Virus record (IMG/VR): IMGVR_UViG_3300005253_000126 | DNA from: an uncultured virus (IMG/VR IMGVR_UViG_3300005253_000126) | Lineage: Duplodnaviria; Heunggongvirae; Uroviricota; Caudoviricetes | Direction: 5' to 3' (one strand) | DNA length: 64,000 nucleotides | In this document: piece after piece, positions 47,201 through 57,214 of the stretch | Layout of the letters: every line of letters starts with the position of its first letter | How positions within the stretch are numbered: the first letter of the stretch is position 1 | Program-made: the position numbers and the translations under genes | The notes under the pieces: generated by a model | The model's input: the letters and a program-made list of their open reading frames with translations, nothing else | What the model was told of the DNA's origin: nothing | Databases searched by the model: none

Positions 47201-47560
47201 AGTTCGATCTTGAATCCCGACGGCGATGGCGTCAATGGGCCCATGGCATATCCCGAAGTGCATGTCGATGAAGTACCGATGACCCTTGATCACTTTCTTG
47301 GTCTTCGACCGGAACATTTTCTTGTATTTGATCACCTCGATGATCGGCACCGTCGCCAGATTGCCGTACCACACCAGATTCGGACCCGGGATCTTGGCCG
47401 TCCCCCAGACCACAGGAATAGGCCGACCTTCCTGAGCCGTGGGAAACGTAAAGTCCCCCAGCCCTGAAGCCTTGGCATTTGTGAACTGCGGCTTCGGCTT
47501 CAACAACTCGCCGATGATCACCGAGCCCACGAACAACAAGAACATTAGCCAAAACGGCAT
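44201..47560 (-). CDS. tail tip/central fibre protein (GTA/YuA-like) with inserted LamG domain
   Basis: FPTAQEGRPIPVVWGT, DANPA, LIRDD, LRPGD, RPYPPGN.....W.HRDR; C-terminal GWGYAWGDFWG. Confidence 0.88.
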   Translation of the reverse strand: MPFWLMFLLFVGSVIIGELLKPKPQFTNAKASGLGDFTFPTAQEGRPIPVVWGTAKIPGPNLVWYGNLATVPIIEVIKYKKMFRSKTKKVIKGHRYFIDMHFGICHGPIDAIAVGIQDRTIKSKTAIFAGGTTLVVSDTGFFGGEDRGGGIGGTINVRAGNDTDPVDAELAAKIAKPPVPGFRRVCTAFATGPTFDFDSGGEGIFAFFDNGTAAGFEIGNDEFVEPWFFEVTRIPTGLGSATPIIVNDFGREDANPAEVVFELLTEHTWGAGIAEALIDKPSFLAVADTLATEGFGVSLQWDQKKTVEDMLLEIVRQIDATLFNDLVTGLFTLKLIRDDFDPNLIPTLDQTNVSEMRQYSRPSLDETTNEIKVVFTGENFKPQDAQAHELANFNVQGENFVSATFQYPGINDTNIAAQVAFRELRTTSFPLARATLKTNRESFDLRPGDAFKFTWAPLGILDLVMRVNGVKYGTLDQGFIEIDAVEDIFKLSNTIWGKPQSTDWEEPVNPPVDAPFQDAFSAPFHLVRQEFADFGFLSEESNMLATVAGEPTPDAFGYAVLTRSPPDEFITTGETDALTPTGTLTVEYAATPATGHLDLSNTLEVTPDSRMALLTAANITEVLQNNFNLAFMGDIDAQSGEILAFEELEVAPGGTTILFNRVHRGLMDTTPKTHPIGTRIWFVFFGMGTSETTEYGDTESIEAKYLIKTLAGTLDEGAASVNLHTFTSRTQRPYPPGNFLIEGEVFPVATDGLTEAVNAELNLTWAHRDRIFSLFNVDQGDPTQIGPEALVDYQLRIRDEGDFLIRTEDFSPGSATTAFDYECLVEAADSGIGVDVINNIALAWSGTVVVNFSDATVVNSDGAGYDVKTTEVKMRTASNVTTRQTIWEQGNEVNGLIMYIDAGSLRAGVWSDGAITPFSEFTNPVAILPDTKYNFAFVFDKLNNRIRLYINGILVDERTGLFMDTLPAHSGGSGTTTSLRIGSFNRTRFHDGNNTSSGLVLQTEVLVFEARQWNAARTTAEILANQNVNLVGNEAGLAVLYEFSDGTGGVLTDETANNVDGAMTTPIWVCPDVVLNETLGLELDSRFTGGGLISHQFQDRLVTRSGWGYAWGDFWGGSP

Positions 47561-47562
47561 AG

Positions 47563-48438
47563 TTACCTCAACCCACTCTCGAACGGGTTCCTGACAGGGA
47601 TGAAAGGCCAACCCCCAAAATTGACGACGTTGTCGAACTTGGCATCACATATCCCTCTGGTGCGCAAACACCCAGCGAAGGCCCTTAACGGTTCTCCCGT
47701 TCCCAGGCTCTCGAATGGCGATATGATAGTGATTTTATCCCGGCCCCCGGTCTCGTTGAAGTCCACGATCAACCGCTTGTCCTCCGGGGTCAGAACCCGC
47801 TCAACGAACCCCCCACCATCGTAGAAGTGAGCCTCAGGGTCTCCTACGGCGGGCACTACCGGTGCAGGCGTCGATGTCAGGCCTGTGCTTGTTATCTCCA
47901 GTTGATCTATAGAGATCGAGTCGATATTGAACTCCACCTTGAACAGGTTGCGGTCGACCGTGCAATCAGGACCATACAGCATGTGGTTAGACAGGCTCTG
48001 ATACGCCGCGCGCAGGCCATCACGCCTCAGGAACCCGCTCAATGGTTCACACTCCATCACTGCCTCGGACCCCACGAACTTCACCGACCTCACACGCCCT
48101 TGCCAGAACACCGCGGTATCCGTAGGCCCTGGGGTTAGGCTTGGCCTATGGAATCGAAATATCGTCAGGAACATAGTCTCAGAGGGCACTATGATGCGAT
48201 ACAGGGACACGATCTCATTGTCGCGCGGCACTGTCACCTGAATGTTGGCTTGCAAGCGTTCGCCCGTCTGTCCAGGCTGCGTGCGCTTAATCAACGAGGG
48301 GACATAGGTATTCGCGGCGAATACCACCTCTTGATCTGCGCTAGTGAATAAGCCGACATTCACGTCACCCTTCACGAACTTAAACAGCTCCGTGGGGAAC
48401 CCAGAGTCTACGCTCTTCTCTACATCTTCGAATGCCAT
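47563..48438 (-). CDS. DUF2163/BR0599 baseplate hub protein
   Basis: WQGRV, LYGPDC.V, GC.RT..C..KF.N..NFGG.PFIP. Confidence 0.9.
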   Translation of the reverse strand: MAFEDVEKSVDSGFPTELFKFVKGDVNVGLFTSADQEVVFAANTYVPSLIKRTQPGQTGERLQANIQVTVPRDNEIVSLYRIIVPSETMFLTIFRFHRPSLTPGPTDTAVFWQGRVRSVKFVGSEAVMECEPLSGFLRRDGLRAAYQSLSNHMLYGPDCTVDRNLFKVEFNIDSISIDQLEITSTGLTSTPAPVVPAVGDPEAHFYDGGGFVERVLTPEDKRLIVDFNETGGRDKITIISPFESLGTGEPLRAFAGCLRTRGICDAKFDNVVNFGGWPFIPVRNPFESGLR

Positions 48439-50315
48439 CAGCTTGCGTCCTCAGTATCCGCCACCACCAGCCGGAATCTCACCTCGATGATGGAGTTATG
48501 ATTCGCGGGCCAGGCTATCTCAACAAGATCCGTATCCAGCCTATAGAGCCCCATCCAGCTCACCTTCGCGATCTCAGCATCGGGATCAGTGATGAGAGTC
48601 CCGAACGTCTCGTCCAGGGTCAGTCTATTCTCCCCCGGGGTCGGCGAGCTTGACGAGATGATGCGCTTGTATATGCGCGTGCCATCCTTCAGCAGTACCT
48701 GGATGTCTCGCCTGCCTGGCTGCACAGCATAAAACGTGCTGTACCCGATGTCCCTGATGTCGATGAAGGTATCAGAGATCCCCACAGGCTGAACGATCTT
48801 GAGGTCGTCATGCCACGAAGGAATCCAGATGGGCTTGAGTCTACCAGCTCTCGATAGAATCATCTCTTTCCAGGTGTTATGTAGAGCACGATCCCCGAAC
48901 ACCCAGCGGAAGGTCTTGATCTCTATTGACGACCCCACGTGATCGTCGATATTCCTACCCCCGGTCCTGTAGTCTATCTCGAAGGCCTTGCGCGAAAACT
49001 CATGCGACAGGGGGACATTGCGCTCAGGCCGATCCTGAAGCACGGGCAACGGGTCCCCCTCGCTGTCCAGCTTGAAAGTCACAGCCGGATCGAGAGGAGT
49101 CGGCACCTCGTCATTATCCTCTACACGCCACACGAACGTACCGAGGCTAAACTGATCGAAGGGCCTTTGGGTCTCTACTGCAGTCTGCAGCCTGGCAGTG
49201 TGGCCTGGGTATACCCTCACGGGACCTGTGAAAGGCTGGGAATTCCCGCTGATCGTGGTGATTTGGTTCCCGGCAAGTGACAGAATAGTGAGCACCTCAA
49301 AGTTGTCGATCCCCTTCCAGATCACCATCAAGCCCCCCTCTCGGAAGTCTAAGTTCACGGGGTCCACGGGGAACACTGTGGTGCCTATCGACACGTCGGT
49401 AGACAATATCAGGCAATCAGTCCACACCGGTATCGTGAATCGTCGAGTCTGGAAGCCCCATAGCAGTCGATCTATGATCTGTGAGGACTCCGCCAGATCC
49501 ACTCCCTTCGCCAGATCGGGGAAGGCGCTGATCTCGAATTCGTAGAACTTGCGAGGGAACTTGCGCAGCCTCATGCGCTGCTCTGTGCCGTCATAGGCCA
49601 GCAGCACGTCAGTCATGTACTCAAATCGCTCCACAAACGAACCACGCCAGGTCGGCGGGAACGGGAACAGCACCGACCTGAACCCCAGGAGGGTGAAGAT
49701 CGACTCCCCGGTTAAGTCTGGAGGCGTGGACCCAGGCGGCCAGTCAAATACGAAGGTAGCGTCAATGGTCGCTGGCCCGATATTAGAGACCGACAGGCTA
49801 TATGTCCGGATCTCGGTCGGCGCGTACACCGTCGGGGCCACTGCACTCACCGGTTGTACCAGGGTGACCCCCTCAGCATTGACCGGGGTAATCGAGGTCA
49901 GGAACTGGCCGTTGATCGTGTGGGCATTCCACACATCGAACGTCCGTATCTGGGGTGTAACCACCGCCCCAATATCTATCAGCCTGGGCAGTGTGTGAAT
50001 CCTGTCGTAGAAATCATCCTTGTAGCCGATGGCCAAGGCCCCGACCTCCACCACGCTATTGATGGCGACCGGGGAGTTATCCGTCGCCTGCCCCGATATA
50101 CCCAGGAGCTGGGTCTTCCCCCCGAGCTGCTGGATAGAATTATTCAGTACCGCCTGGCCTGTGTTATCGAAGGTAAAGTCACTCGCGAATCCCACCGAGC
50201 GAGCTGGCCGAAAGGCATTCGAGGGCAACAGGTTCACCGACGCAAACGGATTCGCCTCAGCCGTAATCAGATGCGGCAGATTAAAGAGCGGCAAAGATCC
50301 GGCGAGAACGGCCAC
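48438..50315 (-). CDS. distal tail/virion structural protein (YuA-like)
   Basis: DFYDRIH, VWNAH, TDVL...GTEQR..LR..PR, GRL...WIPSW, RLDTD. Confidence 0.8.
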   Translation of the reverse strand: MAVLAGSLPLFNLPHLITAEANPFASVNLLPSNAFRPARSVGFASDFTFDNTGQAVLNNSIQQLGGKTQLLGISGQATDNSPVAINSVVEVGALAIGYKDDFYDRIHTLPRLIDIGAVVTPQIRTFDVWNAHTINGQFLTSITPVNAEGVTLVQPVSAVAPTVYAPTEIRTYSLSVSNIGPATIDATFVFDWPPGSTPPDLTGESIFTLLGFRSVLFPFPPTWRGSFVERFEYMTDVLLAYDGTEQRMRLRKFPRKFYEFEISAFPDLAKGVDLAESSQIIDRLLWGFQTRRFTIPVWTDCLILSTDVSIGTTVFPVDPVNLDFREGGLMVIWKGIDNFEVLTILSLAGNQITTISGNSQPFTGPVRVYPGHTARLQTAVETQRPFDQFSLGTFVWRVEDNDEVPTPLDPAVTFKLDSEGDPLPVLQDRPERNVPLSHEFSRKAFEIDYRTGGRNIDDHVGSSIEIKTFRWVFGDRALHNTWKEMILSRAGRLKPIWIPSWHDDLKIVQPVGISDTFIDIRDIGYSTFYAVQPGRRDIQVLLKDGTRIYKRIISSSSPTPGENRLTLDETFGTLITDPDAEIAKVSWMGLYRLDTDLVEIAWPANHNSIIEVRFRLVVADTEDAS

Positions 50316-51329
50316 TTACGGAGTCCTTTTGACAGCGAACCCCGGCTCTATGCCTGTCCCCGTGTTGTCATCGCCAGACTGGACTGCCTTCTTTTCCCTC
50401 CAGGGGAATACCTGCCAGTCCTCGGTCCCCAGAGTGAGGATCGTCTCCGGATCAAGATCTCGGATATTGACACTCCGAAAATGATCCACATAGCCCGTAG
50501 GCTGCCGCAAGTTGGCAGCCACCGTCTGGTAGATATGAAACGGGAACAGGATCGGCGTGCCATCAAACGTATTCGGGGTATTGGCTTGTAGGTATCCACC
50601 ACGGCCACCAATGAAAGACATGCCCCGGATCACACTCTGTACCCCCGATACCTCAGGGGCCAGCCACTTTTGCACACGTAACGCGTCATCAATGCGCAGA
50701 GAACTGTTACGGCGTGTAGCGGTACGTCGATAGAAATTGAAAAACTCTCGCTGACTAACACCGAACCAGATCTGATTTGATTCAAAGGACCAAGACGCCC
50801 CATGAACCTGGCCCCCGGTGAAGGCGCTGACCTTCCTGACCTCCCCGAACATCATCCAGTTATACTTGCCGGGCTCAAACTCATTCACGACCACCACCTG
50901 CGTCGGGTCAAGAGTCTGAAAGAAGAGCACACGCTGACCCGGCGTCAGGAAGGACTGGTGCATCCTGGAAGCTCCCCCCTCTACACCAGGGAGTTGACTG
51001 GGATTAGGAGTTTGGGCATCCCACGCATCGCCGATGCCGCTAAATCCATCAGACCCGACAATAGAACACCCATTCGTGTTAGTCCCAGACACACCAGAGA
51101 TAGTAATGCCAAAGATATTCTCGCCAAACGAGGACCTGAAAGCGAAATGCAAGTCTGTAGACGTACCCCCGAAGGCAGTCGACGTGCCGGTGATCGACAT
51201 GTGCAGCCGGAACCCTGTGCCATCCGCGGTCGCCGTGAGTTCAGTAGTCCACCCATTGGCACTCAGGAACGTCTCCAGCTTGGTAATGAAGTCGTCCTGA
51301 TCCGAAACCGTTACAACGCTGAATGCCAT
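50316..51329 (-). CDS. virion structural protein
   Basis: L.TFL..NGW N-terminus; W.VFP...K...G.A C-terminus of YuA-like baseplate proteins. Confidence 0.75.
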   Translation of the reverse strand: MAFSVVTVSDQDDFITKLETFLSANGWTTELTATADGTGFRLHMSITGTSTAFGGTSTDLHFAFRSSFGENIFGITISGVSGTNTNGCSIVGSDGFSGIGDAWDAQTPNPSQLPGVEGGASRMHQSFLTPGQRVLFFQTLDPTQVVVVNEFEPGKYNWMMFGEVRKVSAFTGGQVHGASWSFESNQIWFGVSQREFFNFYRRTATRRNSSLRIDDALRVQKWLAPEVSGVQSVIRGMSFIGGRGGYLQANTPNTFDGTPILFPFHIYQTVAANLRQPTGYVDHFRSVNIRDLDPETILTLGTEDWQVFPWREKKAVQSGDDNTGTGIEPGFAVKRTP

Positions 51330-51333
51330 AATC

Positions 51334-53814
51334 TCACTCCAGTAATAGTGCTATCAGATCGGCATTGCCCGTCCGGAAAATGTTCGGAACAGACAGATAG
51401 GTTTTACCCTCGATGAGAATCGTATCCTCGGCCGCGTTACTGAATCCGGAGACCCAAAAGACCCCGTCAAATTCACCAAACAGAGCCTCCTCCGCCCCAT
51501 CATTTGTCGGGATAAGCGGCTCGATCATGTAATCGCCTCCCGGGCCTTCTCGAACCTGACCACGACTGAACGCGTCGTGATTCGGATAGATGCCTCGCAG
51601 GACATTGGTTTTCCTTGCCCCACCAGTAGACGTGGACACGTGCTGATACCCGCGCCATAGCCCCGTGGGCTCTCGAATCATCACACCAGTGTCAATCGTG
51701 TTGTTGCCTAACTCCGAACCGGGGTCTGCAAGATGCCGATGCCGCTCAGTTACGTTATCGAATTTTAATTCTCCCCCCTCATTCTCAAAGGGCAACGTCC
51801 CACACACAGCCAACGGCTGCGGATATTGGATGGGCGTTGCATAGGGCAAGAACATCCCCTGATACATCGTCTCGAATATCGTTGAGATTTTTGCCGTCAG
51901 GATCAACCGCCGCCCAGTGAAAGTCATCCAGTAAGTGAGGGCCTGGTCCCACATGAGAATATAAGGCTGCCTTCTGCCATCGGCTTCAATACTCAGAGGC
52001 TGGTGTGTGTTCGGCCCGTCCAGGGGGAAGGTCGGGTTGAATGCAGAGAACCCAGTGAGCTGCCAGTTCCAGTAGTCAAGGCCCGGATTCTCAATGGCCC
52101 TGATGCCCATCCAGAATTCGTCCTGGCCAGCCGTCCCGAAGCCCTTGAAGATCACGTCACGCGCCCGGCCAAAGTTCGCCACAGGCCGCACCCCTAGTAC
52201 CGGATGCACTCCGCGCGATGTCAGGAAGTTACCCCCATGAGGATGGAACCCCTCCTCATTGAACAGTTTCTCCATCGTGAACTCGTCAATGGGATGAGCG
52301 AAGTCCACGTTGTTGTACACGTGCCAGGTCACCGCGCCGAAGTTCTTCAACCCCGAGCCCCCGGTCTCCAGCGGGATATTCTGAGCCGCTACCATCGCAC
52401 CAGCCGCGTTATTGACCGGCTCCCTCCATCTGAGCCCAACCTCAAGACCTACCTCCTCATTAGAGTGCCCGCGCACCCTAATCGGATACGTGCCATTCTC
52501 CAGGAAGATGTGCTCCTCATTGAATCCCACCGGGACATTTGACGTGGAGGTTGCAGAGTTCGCCCCAAACAGCGAAAGCAATCGACGCGCATGGGGCTCA
52601 CCTTTCCTGTATGCCTCCAGCGATGTGAAGGCTATCGGGCCTGCAAAATCAGTCGCCGGGCTGTTCGTAGTCGGGTCCCAGGCAATCGTGAAATCACCAT
52701 TGTCCTCCAGACGCATCGAGAACCCGTGTACCCGGAACTCGAATTCATCACCTAGAATAAACGGCGTACCCCCCACATTGACCGTGAAGCTAACCCGACC
52801 ATCATCACTGGTGTAAGGAACACCGGCAACAGCGTCTGTGGCCTGTGTCCCCGCCTGAACCCCAACTATCCTAAACGTAGTCGCAGTCAGAGCCGTTATC
52901 GACCAGATGTCCCCACGCCCACCGACCCCAGGGTTGGCCACGAACCCGGTCACCGTACCGTCTCCGGTGCCGACGTAGCTCGACCCGCCATCATCGACCA
53001 CCAACTCCATGACTGCGCGCCACGCAAGCTGCTCAGTCTCCGTGAGATATGTCGGGGACCCGAACTGCCCAAACTGACCGAAGTCGAGCAGTTGCCCAGT
53101 CGGATGAGTAGCGCTGATGAACCCATTCCTTTCCACCAGCCAGGGCCGCCCCTGGACCACCGTAAACGTGAACTCATCGGAGGCCACGAACGGCGTGCCC
53201 CCTGCAGTGATCCTCACCTCGATCTCCCCGGCATCGGTCGTATAATCCACGCCCACCGTAAGCTGGGCATTAGCCCCGCTCACCGATCCCAGCACGTCGA
53301 ACGTGGTGGCGTTGACAGCCGTGAACGTCCAGAACTCGTCCACCGCCTGGGGCTCAGCAAAGGGGATGCCTGCCCCGCCGTGGTCGTTCATCGTGCCGTC
53401 GCCAGTATTGCCTGGGTCAGCTACCGGATCGCCATCATTAAGCCGCCCCTGGGCCGCTGCGCCCGCCGTGAACGGAACCACAAACGAGTCGGTCGCGATA
53501 AAGGCCACCGAGCCCACCGCGATCTTGAAACTAATCCGGCCGTCATCGCTCGTATAGGGGACCCCAGACACGGCCTGTGTAGCCTGTAGGCCACTTTCCG
53601 AGCCGGTCACATCCCAGAGAGTCGCACTGGTGGCGGTAATCGTCCAGGTCTCCCGGCGTGATTGCGGCGAGCCGACCACGTCCTCCAGTGTGCCGTTGCC
53701 GGTATTGGCCCCAGGCACAATCGTACCCACAACGGGATACCCACCCGTAAACAGGACCACTCGGTCCAGCATATCCTGATAATCCGTAGCCGTGTCAATC
53801 TCTAAAGCCATCAC
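51334..53814 (-). CDS. virion structural protein with three internal repeat modules
   Basis: C-terminal Y.G.FLPYATP.QYP.PL...GEFDGVFW.SG...AED; three WT.TA..AT.F.V.GS.SG repeats. Confidence 0.8.
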   Translation of the reverse strand: MMALEIDTATDYQDMLDRVVLFTGGYPVVGTIVPGANTGNGTLEDVVGSPQSRRETWTITATSATLWDVTGSESGLQATQAVSGVPYTSDDGRISFKIAVGSVAFIATDSFVVPFTAGAAAQGRLNDGDPVADPGNTGDGTMNDHGGAGIPFAEPQAVDEFWTFTAVNATTFDVLGSVSGANAQLTVGVDYTTDAGEIEVRITAGGTPFVASDEFTFTVVQGRPWLVERNGFISATHPTGQLLDFGQFGQFGSPTYLTETEQLAWRAVMELVVDDGGSSYVGTGDGTVTGFVANPGVGGRGDIWSITALTATTFRIVGVQAGTQATDAVAGVPYTSDDGRVSFTVNVGGTPFILGDEFEFRVHGFSMRLEDNGDFTIAWDPTTNSPATDFAGPIAFTSLEAYRKGEPHARRLLSLFGANSATSTSNVPVGFNEEHIFLENGTYPIRVRGHSNEEVGLEVGLRWREPVNNAAGAMVAAQNIPLETGGSGLKNFGAVTWHVYNNVDFAHPIDEFTMEKLFNEEGFHPHGGNFLTSRGVHPVLGVRPVANFGRARDVIFKGFGTAGQDEFWMGIRAIENPGLDYWNWQLTGFSAFNPTFPLDGPNTHQPLSIEADGRRQPYILMWDQALTYWMTFTGRRLILTAKISTIFETMYQGMFLPYATPIQYPQPLAVCGTLPFENEGGELKFDNVTERHRHLADPGSELGNNTIDTGVMIREPTGLWRGYQHVSTSTGGARKTNVLRGIYPNHDAFSRGQVREGPGGDYMIEPLIPTNDGAEEALFGEFDGVFWVSGFSNAAEDTILIEGKTYLSVPNIFRTGNADLIALLLE

Positions 53815-53878
53815 GGGCCTCCATTGTCATAGTCATCGTCTCCAGGCCCGGGGGGCCGTCGTTGTTCTGCGTCAGGCG

Positions 53879-56800
53879 TCATGCCAGAATCCTCTTGATG
53901 TTCTCGGGGTTGCGCCCGATGATGTTTAGAAGCACCTGTTCACCTTCGCTACTGCTCAAGAAATTGTTTAGCAGACTAGGATCAATCGAGTTGATGATCC
54001 GTATGCTGCGCTGCTCTCCCCCAGGGGTAGTCGTTTGAGGCGGCTCCACGACCCCACCGCCCTGAAACCTCCCGAGCCTGGGGACTGTGATCCCTCGCAA
54101 GTTGATATTCTGCCCCTTCAGAAACGCTCCGAACCTACCAGAACGCATCACCTCCAGGACACCGCGCCAGTGCCTGGTGATATGCTCGGGCATCACGAAC
54201 TCACCCGCTGACAGACGAGCCGGTACGCTATCTGAGCGCCCAGTGCCCGGGCCTCTAACCGGGCCACCCGCCCCAAACTTCTGAATGAATCCTCCGTCCT
54301 TGGCCGTGATAGCTGCCCCGATGGCCCCGATGCCCCCAGAACTAGCCTGGACAGCCTTCAGCACAAGTTGCTGGATGATGATCTTCTGGATCTGCGCGAT
54401 GATACTCTTCGCAAACTTCTTGAAGGCCTCCTCCGCAGTTAGAGTACCAGCAATGAGATCCTGGAAAAACTCCTCACCAGCTCTCTGGAATGCTGACGTA
54501 AGGGCCTCGATCTCCGGGGTTATAACCTCCCTGAGCTGTATGATCCGGGCCTCTAACAGAGTGATCCGATCCAGTTGCTCCTGTGAAAATAGTCCAGGGT
54601 CCAGCTCCTGAAGCTGCCTCACAAATTCGAGCTGCTCTTCGAATGACCGCCTCTGGGCTTCTGCCGTCCGGTCGATAAACTCCCGCTGCGTAATTTGTCG
54701 CGTTGCTCGCTGAGCCGCTAGAAGTTCCTCGTCCCTAGACAGACGCTCATTTGACGCTCTGACAGCTTCCTCAACCTGCCTGATAGCCTCATCCGCAGCC
54801 CTCACATCGAGAGCCTTCTCAAATATCGCGGCTTGATCGGCCGTCACCTGCAGGTTCCTGATGGTCTTTTGGAAGTCCGCCTCCAACCGCTCTCGGATCA
54901 CTGTAAAGTTCTCGATTGCTCCAGTCCCAGCCACTACTCTCTGAGCTTCCTCGACGATTCGAGTCAATTCATTCGTTGACTTTGCCGTCTGAGCCGTAAA
55001 ATCAGCCGACTGTATTACCTGTTGACTGAGCAAGGCGTTCAATTTTGTCTCAGCCTTGATAAGCTCAGCGGCGGCGGCAGTCCTGATCGACTCGACCTCC
55101 TCGGTCGGGGCCAGCGATACTCGAAGCGATGCTTCCTCCTGAATTCTACTGATCTGATCCCGCTGGGCTCTAATCTCAGCATCCAACGCTCGCTGAAGTA
55201 AATCCTGTCTGGCCTCCAAGCCATCCTGAAGCGGCGCGAGACCAGCGGTCGCCCTCGCCTTCTCAATCGCCTCAATCTCTTTGGCCGCATTCCTAAACGC
55301 CTGCGCTTCTCGCTCAAGTTCTACTACTGAAAGTTTGCGCCTCTCCCCCAGCAGTTCCAGACGGGCCTCATTAGCTTCCTTGAGCTGTGCTATGGCATTA
55401 TCGTTATTCACTTTCCTAGCTGTGGTCTCTTCCTTGCCTCCAGCCTCTATCAGTTCCCTGCGCAAGTTATTCGCTCCGACAATGATGCCCGCCTCTCTAG
55501 CCTGAGCCGACCGTAGATCCTGGAGCCTCTGCAGGGTCTCCCGCCTGTCAGACCTGCTAAGATCACCAGCCAGGCGCTGATTTAATGTCAGAATCTCCCT
55601 ATTAAACTGCGCCAACCTGCTCTTCGAGCCACTGATAAACTTATCCAGCACACTCAGGTCAGAGGCATCCGTGATCCTTCTGCGTAGTACGTCCAGGCTG
55701 GCCGCCACCTCATCCGTCACGTCCCTAGGTATAGCCCCAAGCTCTCTAAACCTGGCCGAGATACCCTCTACCAGTTCCGCAATGGACTCCAGAGCCCCTA
55801 CCAGGGGTGAAAGGATGCGCTCTACCACTCCCAGGTCGGACAACGTCGTGAAGATCGTGACAAGAGCGGCCACGGCCTTCGCGACAGCCCCAAATGCACC
55901 GCCCACCTTGTCAGCGGTCTCAGCAGTGCCATCTAGGGCCTGGACGATTGTTGTCAACCCCACCAAGAGGGTCCTCAGACCCCCTGTGAGCCCCGCATCA
56001 CCAGCCTGTAGGATAGTCTCCTGGAAGGCCGAGATCAGCCGCCTGAAGTCGCCTATGAGCGTGTCTTCAATAACCTCGGAGATACGCTTCGCCTCCCCTT
56101 CGGAGTTTGCGATGGCATCCGCCAGAGCGTTACCTTGCTTTGCTGCCTCGGCCAATGACAAGGCCACGGTCGATCCACGAATACCGAAGATCTGCACGGC
56201 CTGGGCCGCGGACAATCCCCGCTCACCCAACAGTGCGAATACTTCCGCCGTATTCTCACCAGTGAGCCGAACGTCTTCCGTCGTCAATCCAAGGGCAGCC
56301 AGAGCCTTCTCGGCCTTAGGCGTGGTATTGATCAGCCCGAAAAACGCCCGACGAAGACCGGCACCAGCGTTACTCGCCTGGATGCCCGCATTACCCAACT
56401 GCCCCAACAGCTCCGAGGTGTCCTCGACGGTGATGTTCAAGGCCCTCGCAATGGGGCCCACAAACTTGAAGGCATCGCCGAGCTGGAATACGTTCGTGTT
56501 GGAATTCGCCGCGGTAGTAGCCAGGACATCCACCACCCGATTAGTCTCCGAGGTGTCGAGCCCAAACTGCTGGATGACGTTTGATACGATGTCGGCGGAA
56601 GATGCCAGATCTAGCATACCCGCAGAGGCCAGATTCAGAGTGCCTTCCAGGGCCTCCGTGGCGTCTTCAGCGCTGAAACCGGCTCGGGCCAGGAACTCCA
56701 GGCCATCAGCCGCCTGCTGCGCCGTGAATCGAGTGGTGGCCCCCAACCGGCGAGCCTCCTCCTCAAGTAATGCGAACTGCTGCTCTGTGGCTCCTGTGAT

Positions 56801-57214
56801 GGCCCGTACAGCCGCCATCTGCTGTCCGAAGCCCGCCAGTACCCGGGTAGCCGAAATAATGCCTAGAATGAGCGCTGCGGCCCCTATGAACGGGGCAAGG
56901 GCCCCCCTCAAAGCCCCCGCCTGTGCCGTGGCTCCTGCCATGCTCGCTCTCAGGGCTCTAAACCCTGCGATGACCCTGCCGAACGTAGCCCGATTTATAG
57001 CCCGTAGCCTCTGCCCCAGGACCTGGATTGCTGCCCCTGCCTGGCGTGCACGATCCCTCAGAGTCACGAATCCCGTCTGAAGACGATTTGTCCGCTCTCT
57101 GTTGAGCGCCCGGACACCTGTCCGGACCCGGTTCACGGTCTCGTTGATACCACGCAGAACGCGCCGGAACTGGTCCTTGGCAACGATCAATACTTCAAGA
57201 CGGGCATCAACCAT
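53879..57214 (-). CDS. tail tape measure protein
   Basis: TP901-type TMP domain (LGATTRFTA.QAA.G..FLA.AG), long coiled coils, GPGTGRSDSVPARLSAGEFV. Confidence 0.95.
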   Translation of the reverse strand: MVDARLEVLIVAKDQFRRVLRGINETVNRVRTGVRALNRERTNRLQTGFVTLRDRARQAGAAIQVLGQRLRAINRATFGRVIAGFRALRASMAGATAQAGALRGALAPFIGAAALILGIISATRVLAGFGQQMAAVRAITGATEQQFALLEEEARRLGATTRFTAQQAADGLEFLARAGFSAEDATEALEGTLNLASAGMLDLASSADIVSNVIQQFGLDTSETNRVVDVLATTAANSNTNVFQLGDAFKFVGPIARALNITVEDTSELLGQLGNAGIQASNAGAGLRRAFFGLINTTPKAEKALAALGLTTEDVRLTGENTAEVFALLGERGLSAAQAVQIFGIRGSTVALSLAEAAKQGNALADAIANSEGEAKRISEVIEDTLIGDFRRLISAFQETILQAGDAGLTGGLRTLLVGLTTIVQALDGTAETADKVGGAFGAVAKAVAALVTIFTTLSDLGVVERILSPLVGALESIAELVEGISARFRELGAIPRDVTDEVAASLDVLRRRITDASDLSVLDKFISGSKSRLAQFNREILTLNQRLAGDLSRSDRRETLQRLQDLRSAQAREAGIIVGANNLRRELIEAGGKEETTARKVNNDNAIAQLKEANEARLELLGERRKLSVVELEREAQAFRNAAKEIEAIEKARATAGLAPLQDGLEARQDLLQRALDAEIRAQRDQISRIQEEASLRVSLAPTEEVESIRTAAAAELIKAETKLNALLSQQVIQSADFTAQTAKSTNELTRIVEEAQRVVAGTGAIENFTVIRERLEADFQKTIRNLQVTADQAAIFEKALDVRAADEAIRQVEEAVRASNERLSRDEELLAAQRATRQITQREFIDRTAEAQRRSFEEQLEFVRQLQELDPGLFSQEQLDRITLLEARIIQLREVITPEIEALTSAFQRAGEEFFQDLIAGTLTAEEAFKKFAKSIIAQIQKIIIQQLVLKAVQASSGGIGAIGAAITAKDGGFIQKFGAGGPVRGPGTGRSDSVPARLSAGEFVMPEHITRHWRGVLEVMRSGRFGAFLKGQNINLRGITVPRLGRFQGGGVVEPPQTTTPGGEQRSIRIINSIDPSLLNNFLSSSEGEQVLLNIIGRNPENIKRILA

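Noticed and set aside
34864..47560. Diversity-generating retroelement targeting fibre genes
   Set aside because: No reverse transcriptase and no adenine-variant TR/VR repeat pair seen in the window
55671..57080. Long plus-strand ORFs (also 8991-10025, 23907-24845, 46317-47213 and others)
   Set aside because: Antisense shadows of well-supported minus-strand genes in GC-rich DNA; no recognisable motifs
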